Source of the DNA: Adineta vaga
Lineage: Eukaryota > Animalia > Rotifera
Reading direction: 5' to 3'
Assembly: GCA_021613535.1 (NCBI GenBank)
Contig: CP075493.1
Coordinates: forward strand, 3,224,001-3,288,000
Length of the DNA stretch: 64,000 bases
The notes beneath the pieces were generated by a model that worked only from the letters and a program-made list of their open reading frames with translations, did no database searches and had not been told where the DNA came from. The first letter of the stretch is position 1, and each line of letters opens with the position of its first letter. The position numbers were made by a program, and so were the translations under genes. Shown here in pieces: positions 1-10,191 of the stretch.

Positions 1-2185
1 ATACCTGTTCTCTCTCCTTTATAGACACTCACCACACTAAACCGCGGGCACAATCAAATCGGCGATCAAGGAGCACAACATATTGGTGATGCCTTGCGAA
101 TAAACACAGTAACATTCATTCGCTCTTGTCGTAATTGACACATACCTGTTCTCTCTCCTTTATAGACACTCACCACACTAAACCTCGAGAACAATCAAAT
201 CGGCCATCAAGGAGCACAACATATTGGTGATGCCTTGCGAATAAACACGGTAATACTCATTCGCTCTTATCCTAATTGACACATACCTGTTCTCTCTCCT
301 CTATAGACACTCACCACACTGAATCTCGAGAACAATCAAATCGGCGATCAAGGAGCACAACATATTGGTGATGCCTTGCGAATAAACACGGTAACATTCA
401 TTCGCTCTTGTCCTAATTGACACATACCTGTTCTCTCTCCTTTATAGACACTCACCACACTAAATCTCGAGAACAATCAAATCGGCCATCAAGGAGCACA
501 ATATATTGGTGATGCCTTGCGCATAAACACGGTAATACTCATTCGCTCTTGTCCTCATTTACACACCCATGCTCTCTCTCCTCTACAGACACTTACCAGA
601 CTAAATTTCGGGTACAATCAAATCTGCGATCAAGGAGCACAACATATTGGTGATGCCTTGCGAATAAACACGGTAATACTCATTCGCTCTTGTCCTAATT
701 GACACATACCTGTTCTCTCTCCTCTATAGACACTCACCACACTAAATCTCGGGTACAATCAAATCGGCGATCAAGGAGCACAACATATTGGTGATGCCTT
801 GCGAATAAACACGGTAACATTCATTCGCTCTTGTCCTAATTGACACATACCTGTTCTCTCTCCTTTATAGACACTCACCACACTAAATCTCGAGAACAAT
901 CAAATCGGCCATCAAGGAGCACAATATATTGGTGATGCCTTGCGAATAAACACGGTAATACTCATTCGCTCTTGTCCTAATTGACACATACCTGTTCTCT
1001 CTCCTCTATAGACACTCACCACACTGAATCTCGAGAACAATCAAATCTGCGATCAAGGAGCACAACATATTGGTGATGCCTTGCGCATAAACACGGTAAT
1101 ACTCATTCGCTCTTGTCCTCATTTACACACCCATGCTCTCTCTCCTCTACAGACACTCACCGGACTAAATTTCGGGTACAATCAAATCTGCGATCAAGGA
1201 GCACAACATATTGGTGCTGCCTTGCGAATAAACACAGTAACATTCATTCGCTCTTGTCCTAATTGACACATACCTGTTCTCTCTCCTCTATAGACACTCA
1301 CCACACTGAATCTCGAGAACAATCAAATCTGCGATCAAGGAGCACAACATATTGGTGATGCCTTGCGCATAAACACGGTAATACTCATTCGCTCTTGTCC
1401 TCATTTACACACCCATGCTCTCTCTCCTCTACAGACACTCACCGGACTAAATTTCGGGTACAATCAAATCTGCGATCAAGGAGCACAACATATTGGTGCT
1501 GCCTTGCGAATAAACACAGTAACATTCATTCGCTCTTGTCCTAATTGACACATACCTGTTCTCTCTCCTCTATAGACACTCACCACACTAAACCTCGGGC
1601 ACAATCAAATCGGCGATCAAGGAGCACAACATATTGGTGATGCCTTGCGAATAAACACGGTAATACTCATTCGCTCTTGTCCTAATTGACACATACCTGT
1701 TCTCTCTCCTCTATAGACACTCACCACACTAAATCTCGGGCACAATCAAATCGGCCATCAAGGAGCACAACATATTGGTGATGCCTTGCGAATAAACACG
1801 GTAATACTCATTCGCTCTTGTCCTAATTGACACATACCTGTTCTCTCTCCTTTATAGACACTCACCACACTAAATCTCGGGGACAATCAAATCGGCCATC
1901 AAGGAGCACAATATATTGGTGATGCCTTGCGCATAAACACGGTAATACTCATTCGCTCTTGTCCTCATTTACACGCCCATGCTCTCTCTCCTCTACAGAC
2001 ACTCACCAAACTAAATTTCGGGTACAATCAAATCTGCGATCAAGGAGCACAACATATTGGTGCTGCCTTGCGAATAAACACAGTAACATTCATTCGCTCT
2101 TGTCCTAATTGACACATTCCTATTCTCTCTCGTCTATAGACACTCACCGTACTAAATCTCCGGGGCAATCAAATCGGCAACCAAG
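1..2185. repeat. 141-bp tandem repeat (exon+intron unit), about 15.5 copies, with an exact 282-bp dimer duplication (1012-1293 = 1294-1575)
   Basis: Direct reading: strict 141-bp period, no indels between units, and introns nearly as similar to each other as the exons are. Confidence 0.97.
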
Positions 2186-2232
2186 AAACAAAGTATCTCC
2201 GAGACACTTTTGGAAATAGGTTGAGGTTTTAG
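25..2232 (+). CDS. 3' part of a leucine-rich-repeat protein (RI-like/NLRC3-type 28-aa LRRs, one LRR per exon); 5' end lies before the window
   Basis: 16 exons start at 25+141k (25, 166, 307 ... 1999, 2140). The first 15 are 84 nt, phase 0, encoding e.g. TLTTLNLENNQIGHQGAQHIGDALRINT (LxxLxLxxNxI), separated by 57-nt GT..AG introns. The terminal exon 2140-2232 reads TLTVLNLRGNQIGNQETKYLRDTFGNRLRF-stop. No stop in any exon. Confidence 0.93.
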
Positions 2233-3199
2233 TTTGGGCTCGAGGGACATTGTTTTTTAGTGCTCTTTTCTGGAGGGTTTTTTCAGAGGAAACCGATGTG
2301 GTGAGAAATGAATACACGGTGTGCTTCGAAGTCGTACTTGTCGTACAATAACGTGTTTTGTTGTAAGCTCTTGATTTTGGACTGTGAGAGATGTGTTTAT
2401 TATCTAAGTTGTTGATTTGTGTATGTCCAATATAGCGAAATCGCGTGTTTGAAATGCACTATAATTTATGAGATGAAGTTCGATGGGTATCATACTATAT
2501 TTTGTGAAACTGTCTACTCTTAATATAATGTCTTCTGAAAATGTTTCAATAGTGGAAAGGTTATGAAGAAGAAGGACGACCGTCGATGCGTGCTATGAGC
2601 CTTTTAATGGGTCCGCTGCACTTATTCCCATCGCTTATCTATTAGGAACGACTGGGAAATTCTTTCGTAAACATTCTGTTGTGCATGAAAACGTAGCAAA
2701 ATATTCTTTCGAACTTTATTTTGAATATTTCTCATAATAGAGAGTTTAGTTTAAAGTCTGAGTGCCTCACAAATCGTTACTATATTTGTAACGTTAGAGA
2801 GTTGGGGTTGGCGTCAAGATAAAGTGGATGACGAGTTTGACAACTTTATTTAGTTGCTTCTTTGATTTGACGTTTGATGTCTAATGATAGAAAGATGTTT
2901 TGTATTCGTACATCTTTCAAGATAAAAAAGAAAGTTTTAGAGAAAAGAGTGTATCTCAGTCTGAACTAACTAATGCTTAGAGACACAATTTAGGATATAA
3001 ATCGTATCTGGATGCAACTTCCGATATATTTGAACTTCAATGAAAGACGGCGAAATGTCTTTGTAAAACACAAAGAGTGTTTCATATTTAGATAGTGACC
3101 CGTACTTATAGTCCCTTCCTATTCATTATCATTCTGAGAATTACAAGAGTATGATTAATTCGCGAGTGGTAAAGTCGTTCTGTCTTAAGTTTACACATA

Positions 3200-3800
3200 T
3201 TTCTTTTTGAATATATTCATCATCGATGTTGATGAAACCGACGATACTAGATCTATCGAAGTTTTTCATGCTGTACATTTAAATAATTACACATGATAAT
3301 GAACATTTAGTTGTTGAATGTACATCCAAAATAGTTTCATTATCTAATATGACGGTTTTGTTTATTTGAGAAATCAATGTGAACTGCCTTTCTGAATTCA
3401 TCGATTGTGATGAACATTGTTCTAAAATATACCATCGACGCATGTATCATGACATTCGGTTCATTGAACCAATGGCATATTGATCACTGACTTTTAGACT
3501 ATGAATATATTGATGAAGTGTATAATTGTCATATTTACACTGAATGGAAATTTTCTTTCATGTAATATTGGTATTTTAACAAAGATAAGATTATATCTGA
3601 CATGAATTAACAAATAATATCTAACGTTAGTCGAAAAGAGATAACAAAATTAATCATAAACTTTGTTTGGTTTGATTTAATCCATTTGGATTGCAATGCT
3701 CTAAATATATTTGTAAAAAATATCGAATTCGTATAATAATTACCTAAAACCTTTGAACAATTTCACAGCATCCAAACAATGAGAATTCAAACGAGTGTTG
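3200..3800 (-). pseudogene. Possible decayed rotifer-type F-box/LRR gene fragment
   Basis: Broken minus-strand frames such as LDAVKLFKGFR*LL and QYIHSLKVSDQYAIG resemble recalled bdelloid F-box proteins. Many stops and frameshifts; weak. Confidence 0.25.
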
Positions 3801-4989
3801 CATCATAACCAAGATAAAAATGAAGACATTATCAAACGTCATTCAAAGACGAGCTTGTAAATTTTAAAATAACCGATTGTAAACGGATATTATCCGTTGT
3901 CCTAATTAGGTAAATAACTATTGAATCCATACAAAAAATTTAATAAACTCTTTTTCTTTATTTTTCAATAGTTGATGTTTCCAGATAAAAACTTTCTCTT
4001 CTATCAGAAAACATATACATTTTGACCAAAATTATAGAGTATATGATTGTTCATTCTTTTTTCAATGTTTTAAATTCTAATGAAAACAAATAATAATGTT
4101 GATGTCTTGTGTAGAAGAAGTTTTTCTTTTCTATTTTTATGGCAAAAGAGATAAAAACTTCCATATTTAGACTTACGAAATGAGAACAAAATTAAAAATG
4201 AACATTCCGTAAATCTCATCTATATTTCTACTCATTTTCTTTCTTATTTATAGCCAAGCAGTAATTTATTAGAGCAACTCTATTTTCATTTAATTATCAT
4301 AAGTGTTCTAATCGTTTTTGATCATTGTCTTTGAAGGTAATATTTGTTTAAAGCATCATGTGATATATCCTTCTCATTATCGTCTTTCGATAGATCCCTA
4401 TTATTTTATTCTTCTATAGAATAATGTTGTCTATTCATTTATGTAAATATAGGTTTACAATAGAAGGCCTTCTGAAATACTCGACTTTTTTTCGAAACCT
4501 ATTTAATTCTCATTTGATCGTATCTTACGTTAATATTACAAGAAACTATGTTTTATTTCAGATTCTCTCAACATTAAAAATCTATTGTGGAACACTTTCA
4601 TATTATTTTCCTTCGACACAATTTGAGATCAATTGCCTCTATACTTTCCGAAATATACACAATACATTATGACTTTCTCATATCCCAATTACCATTTCTC
4701 TGCAATATAGATCGGTCTAAATATAAAAGAAGGAAATATTTAGTTTTCTATATAAAATATAACTCACACTTCGTTAGACTTCGATCTGAATCTAAATGAC
4801 AATAGAAAATATTTAATCTAAAATTCAAAATATCACTCAACTTTAATCAGATATGGCTATGAACCGAAATGATAACAATAAATATTTAACATATTGTTTT
4901 GAAAATAACTCATTTTTACCCACATATCTATGCAAACCTAAATGATAATAGAGAATGTTTCATTTCGTATTTGAAATATTACTTATTCT

Positions 4990-5870
4990 TAATCAGATCT
5001 CGATATGTACCTATACAACAATAAGAAATATTTCATATGATATTGAGTTTCGAAAGCTGTCCGAATAGAAAGAGGCATTGAACAAGTTGTATTGAATATA
5101 TCTCTTGATAGCTTCTGAAAGACTTGAAATATGTGGATGAAATTCGATGTAGATTCTGCTAACATTCTAAGAATCTCAGTACTGCTTAAACCAAAAACAA
5201 AAGTTGGGTGTAGCAATTAAAAGAATTTTTTTCGCAAACTTCAATCACAAAATGTTGTTGGTAAAAAGTCACCATTTGGGTCACTTATCATCTTTCATAA
5301 GTTTCATGCGGGATCCATGCTTTGAAGTTAAATTTTCGGCGATTATAAAATCCTCAGCCCGTCCCTGTTTACTAGTCTCATTATACAAAGATATCTTCTA
5401 TGCTCAAGGGTATGCAAATACCCCTACATACTATCAGTTGATGACTGCGTGATATCTCTACATAATCGAATAGAGGGGTGGGTGTGGTAGATCATTTTAT
5501 TTGTAAAGAATATTTTTGAAAGATTGAGCTCGGTGCAATGATAAACTTTTGAATAGTTCTTTAGTTCATTTCATCAGAGTTCATGGACTTGAGCTGATCA
5601 ACTCCTACCCTCTATTGTTGACATAAAATATAAGTTAGTTTGAGCTATATTAGAGTCGTTCTCTGTTAACTTGTAACTGGCCTGAACATGATTTTGTTAC
5701 ATGTAAGTAATAAGAGAAAAAGCTCCCTATCAGATTTGGATGACTGAAAAATTGCTTGGAATAATCATATACTGATAGTGGACTTCCACCATCGTCGATG
5801 CAAAACATTAAGTTGTTCAGTTCATACCTAAGATCGTTATTGACAACTTGAAATGGCCAAAGCATTTCCG
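4990..5870 (-). mobile_element. Possible decayed CMC/EnSpm-type transposase relic
   Basis: Fragments in colinear order on the minus strand (LWPFQVVNNDL..RYELNNL, DLP, FLPTTFCD, KYFLLLY) echo animal EnSpm-like transposase motifs (LWPxQxxINELP..R, DLPA, FLLY). Interrupted by stops and shifts. Confidence 0.35.
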
Positions 5871-6078
5871 TTTTTTGTTATGACAAAACTCAAAAGAGAA
5901 AAGAAAGTTGTTAAATTGTTGTTGACTTGCATGAACAAACGAACGTATATACATTTTTTGAGTGTGTGACTCTCTTCTTCAGTTGAGGAAACTTACGATA
6001 CTCCAACATTCACTGGGACAGCTATATCAGGTTGCGGATTTTAGAGAAGAAACTTTACATTTAGTAACGTCGAAGGAA

Positions 6079-6490
6079 AAAATCTCTATGGTTCAATATT
6101 ATCAGACCGAACCCTTTCAAACTGAGTATTTTTGGGCAGAACCCTTTTGGTTCAAAATAAATAAAACAGAACTTTTTAGGGTTCGGGATTTAATAGGCAG
6201 AACCATTTCGGTTTCTTACAAGCCTGTTCATAAGCTTACATGGCTTCGGATTGGTACACAGAACTTTTTAAAGTTCTGCAGTTGTACTAACGAACCAAAT
6301 GGATTCAGTTTCGTCTCACGAAGGAGTTTTCAAGGTTCAGTAGAAAAATAACTAAACCTTTTGTAGTTTAAGGGATGACTGACAGAACTCTTCATAGTTC
6401 AGAATTGTTGCCCAGAACCTTTCTTGGTTTCTCATATGTCATACAGAACTTTTTCTGGTTCTGAAGATGTTGCAGAACCCAAAAAGGTTT
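6079..6490. repeat. Array of about 14 degenerate 15-16-bp palindromes (GAACY-N5/6-RGTTC) with unique ~14-15-bp spacers, period about 30.5 bp
   Basis: Motif starts at about 6079, 6109, 6139, 6169, 6200, 6231, 6261, 6292, 6323, 6354, 6385, 6415, 6446, 6475 (e.g. gaacccttttggttc, gaactttttaaagttc, gaactttttctggttc). Confidence 0.85.
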
Positions 6491-6682
6491 TGGAACACTC
6501 CTTTTCTTCTTTCAGAGGATAGATAGAAACAATTAATATCATTATATTTATCAAACTTACGTATTTTTAATGTTCGACTAGTACCGATCGGTCCACAGAA
6601 AGAATATCTCAATAGAGGATTTTGTTCAGTTTTCGATGCTGTATCTTTTAGTACATTAAACGAATAGTTTCATAAAGCTCTT

Positions 6683-6745
6683 CCCAGGTCGACAAATCCG
6701 ATATTGGATCCGATCGGATTCGAGTATCCGATTGGTCGACCTGGG
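6683..6745. mobile_element. 63-bp near-perfect palindrome, probable minimal MITE (CCCAGGTCGAC...GTCGACCTGGG)
   Basis: 11-bp perfect terminal inverted repeat extending with a few mismatches to a central ATCCGATCGGAT. GC-rich relative to its flanks. Confidence 0.7.
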
Positions 6746-7040
6746 TTAGAGTCTAAATAAATCTCGATTTCTGGGCATACTTTTTGACAAATCTCAAAAT
6801 AGTCTCGGGAGTGGTTGTGAGTAAAATTGATGTATTTTTTATTCGTTCAACCAGATGCGCTAAAATTTGGATCTCGAGGTTTTCAATGATGCTGAACAAA
6901 ATCAAAACATAAAATCAAGAAAAGAAATTTTGACGAGTGTTTCTTCTCTTTAAGAGAGTTTTTTAAAGAATATAGATGCGTTAATCATCATTATAGTTCT
7001 TTCAGAGAGGGGTCAGCGAATCCTACGGATGAGCGTTACT

Positions 7041-7335
7041 TGTTGTTATTGTTGTTTGAAAGAAAATAAAATGTCATTGATGATATTTGTCATATTTATA
7101 AAGCAAACAACATTCTAATACAATTCAATCAAAATCTGCAATAAAATCATTATGTGTTGAATTCTATGAATTGTTCATACAGTGTGATATTCCATGTTGA
7201 TCCTCTGGTTTTCGACGATAAGCTTCCGATCGACCAAATGATGCGTAAGACATAAATATCCAATCAGATATACTTAAAAATGATAGAATAACAATCGTGA
7301 TAATAATACTCGATGATGATCCATCATAAATTTTT
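7041..7335 (-). pseudogene. Degraded local duplicate of 11045-11530 (3' half of the small membrane-protein gene plus flank)
   Basis: IYDGSSSSIIITIVILSFLSISDWIFMSYASFGRSEAYRRKPEDQHGISHCMNNS*NSTHNDFIADFD* aligns with the intact copy at 11322-11530 but has a premature TAG. Flank 7041-7090 matches 11045-11090, with an internal deletion. Confidence 0.85.
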
Positions 7336-7677
7336 CGTCGATTCATCTGAGTATCGTAAGATTGATAACAATTTATTACTCATTTGATGTTAAAAAAAAC
7401 TCTGTGATTGCTTTTATTGTTGTTGCTTCTTTTTCAATAAGACTAGATTAAACAAAACTATCAAGTTTTTCTAGCAATTTTAATTTGCGATATTTGCATT
7501 ATAAATCAAATCGATGGGGAATAAGAATTCAGCGCATACTAAAGCCACTCACCAGTCAAGTGCAATTTCAAAGGAGACACGTGGACGTGATCGTCGTTAT
7601 ATTCAAAAAGTTCTTCTTATACGGTTAGACAGCAAAATCGATAACAACAACAACAACAAAGATTGACTAAATACTTA

Positions 7678-8236
7678 GGGTTGAGCAAAAGTTCGTAGAA
7701 TGATGTTTAAGTTTTTATAAAACACAGAATATCGAAAGATTTTTTGTATGAACACTTTGTAGAATATCTCGTCCTTAATTCTGACAGTCTTTTAGATGAA
7801 GTCTTTAGCGTAATGAATATACGAATATTTTTTGTTCAGGATTCGAATACATATAGGATTTACCAAGATTTTTATAGCATCAAATACAAATATCTAAGGA
7901 AAGATCGAATATTTAGCTTTATTTTATTAAGTGTTCGAAATAATCAATATTATTATTTATACAAAATTTCATTCTTTTTAATAGTTTGTCAAAAGTTTTT
8001 TTTAAACTCTTCTTTTAGTACATTATTCACTAGCTCGCAAGCTGCCCGAAATAGTGATTCTTCGTTTTCTTAGTCAGTTAAATTAATCTTGATATAATCA
8101 TTGAGCTATAGACTTGATTTAAAAGACTGTCAGAATTAAAGACGAGACTTTCTACTAAGTATTCATACAAAAAATCTTTCAATATTCTGTATTCTCTAAA
8201 AATTTAAATATCATTCTACGAACTTTTAGTCCACCT
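7678..8236. mobile_element. MITE of about 560 bp with ~140-bp terminal inverted repeats
   Basis: 7678-7820 is the reverse complement of about 8095-8236 (aaaagttcgtagaatgat...ctgacagtctttt / aaaagactgtcag...atcattctacgaactttt). Termini tta|gggttg ... ccacct|taa fit either a TWA (Harbinger) or a TTAA (Kolobok-like) target. Confidence 0.88.
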
Positions 8237-8435
8237 TAACAATTTCAAAATTAACACGTTCGTATGGTAGGATATATGTTTTAAGCTGTTCATTAAACGT
8301 TATTTTAACAACTGTGTTCGTTTTCCTTAATCTACTACGTCATCTACTGTAATGTTGATTCCATTTTAGGTAAGCTCTTGTTTTACGCACCTTCTTCTTC
8401 ACATTGATCAATGTTCTTAAACAAATAATGATCAA

Positions 8436-8783
8436 ATGTTGATTGAATTACCTGAATTAAGTTTTAAAGCGGCACGTCCTTTGTATTCTATTCAACATCA
8501 TAATATATGGTCAATTCGCCAATATTTTGAACAAAAAGATATGCTACTATTTCCAACGTTTGCAACAATAAATGCATATTATTTATGTTACAAAAGGGAA
8601 TTTCATGACAAAATATCACCATATTTTCATCATAAAACCAAAACGTCCAAATTCCTTGAAGATTCTTCGAAAATTAATCGAAATAATTTACAATATATAT
8701 TTCAAAATGTTATGAACAAAATTAAATCAGAATTATACGATTTACGTTCTCATTATTGTACTCGAATAACTGATTCGTTGTGA
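8436..8783 (+). pseudogene. Orphan ORF, possibly a degenerate fragment of a Penelope-like-element-derived protein
   Basis: SIRQYFEQKDMLL...NAYYLCYKREFHDKI..YF...QNVMNKIKSELYDLRS resembles, by recall, the pre-RT region of rotifer Penelope-like elements. No RT motifs follow. Confidence 0.3.
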
Positions 8784-9084
8784 AACAAACAACGATATAT
8801 AGATGTCGACAATACGACATGTATCTTCGTTAGTCTATTTATAGTTATATCGAAATGATCTTTCTTGACGGATGAATGTATTCACATAATGGATTGTTGT
8901 TGTTACATATGCCATTGTTTCGTTGGCTATAAATATATCGTTGTTTTAGTCGATTCTTGTACAAATCGTCACGTCTTCGATATGTGTAAGCCAAAACAAG
9001 TAAGTGTTTTCTGGTAGTAAGTCACTCCCATTCAATTCAAATTTTTTTTACAGTAACTGTAGAGAAGTATATTGTCCTAAAAAA

Positions 9085-9950
9085 ATGACCACGAATAGTA
9101 TGAATAACATTGAAGATCCTGTAAGGTGATCTTAATTTTTAAACAATAATTAAAAGTTCTTCTCTGTAGATAACTGATCTTAATGTAACACAACTTGTTC
9201 CAGAAAAAATTATAACTGATATTAAAAATACTATAAGCGAAGAACTTGCAAAAGCTGAAAAAGAAATTGAAGAAGAAATTCAAAATCATTTCAGTACAAA
9301 AAAGCGTCTGATTGATATTGAACGAACACTCAATGAACAAATCAAAAGAACCATGGATCAACAAAAAGAAATCATATGATGCGTTATAGCGTTTTTCCGG
9401 AAAATACATGTATTCAGATATGAGACGAATTTCCCGGAAATCCAAAAAAGCATTTTCCAAAAACTTTTCGCAACCCAAGCGATTATTCTAAACTCAATAA
9501 CAAAAACTTTTAGTGAGGGTGCCGCGAAGGATGATGAGGGTTGTATGTCGGTTTTATGAAGACTGCAACAACGGGTACAATGGATATATACTGCCTTATA
9601 CTTCATCAATATAATGATTATGTCCACTATGGACTTTATTTTTAGTTTTCTTAATGGCCTTAATGGGAATTCGAAACTGGGAAATTCTCCATTACGGCCA
9701 TTGCGGAAACTAGAAGTAAAGCCCATAAATGTTGTCTATAGGCGATGCAAATTTCGATGTCCCGGAAAACGCTATAGCACATCAAATCAAAGAAATTGAT
9801 GATTATCAAAAAATGATTTCGGTTCAACAAGTTCGAATGGATGATTATGAGAAAAGCATTTCGGCTCAACAGCTTCAAATTGATGAACATAAAACCAATG
9901 TTTTCACCCACGAAAAAGAACCCGAAAAGTTCGAAAAAAAAACTGGTTAA
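9085..9950 (+). pseudogene. Coiled-coil protein gene interrupted by a MITE
   Basis: Exon 9085-9120, GT-AG intron 9121-9169, exon from 9170 (ITDLNVTQLVPEK...EELAKAEKEIEEEIQ...MDQQK). After the insertion the heptad pattern resumes (AHQIKEIDDYQKMISVQQVRMDDYEKSISAQQLQIDEHK). In-frame TGA at 9377. Confidence 0.7.
9387..9774. mobile_element. 388-bp MITE with TAGCGTTTT(T)CCGG terminal inverted repeats flanked by TA
   Basis: Left end ta|tagcgtttttccgg, right end ccggaaaacgcta|ta. Internal hairpin aatggccttaatgg...ccattacggccatt. Confidence 0.82.
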
Positions 9951-10191
9951 CCTGAAAATAAGAATTCATTTAATATGTTCACAAACATTACAATTGTTGT
10001 AGTTGCTGTCACTTTGACTACAATTATAAAAAAATATATAAAATAATGAACATTACCCCAACAATTTTGATCTTTCAAATTGTTTTCTGAATTTAATTTT
10101 TTTTGTTTTGTATTAATACAATTTATCAATAATAAAAAAAGACTGACCTAAAACCCTTGTTCAGTTATCGTAGAAAAGAAACATTGACATT

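Noticed and set aside
517-2112. Four 61-aa ORFs in the ORF track (MRINTVILIRSCPHL...)
   Set aside because: They are read-throughs of stop-free introns joined to LRR exons, starting at TTG. The real structure is the spliced LRR gene.
1-2185. 141-bp repeat as a CRISPR array or non-coding satellite
   Set aside because: There are no unique spacers, and every unit has splice signals and an open LRR-coding exon.
5650-5865. HSP70 fragment (WPFQVVN)
   Set aside because: Similarity is limited to a few residues and the flanks do not match HSP70. A transposase relic fits better.
5962-6351. 129-aa ORF with TEPF repeats
   Set aside because: A translation by-product of the GAACC palindrome array, with a non-ATG start.
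6079-6490. Palindrome-spacer array as a true CRISPR
   Set aside because: Repeats are short and degenerate, spacers are only about 14-15 bp, no cas genes are present and the context is eukaryotic. Kept as a non-CRISPR finding.
7744-8073. 109-aa ORF
   Set aside because: It lies inside the MITE, is AT-rich and has a non-ATG start.
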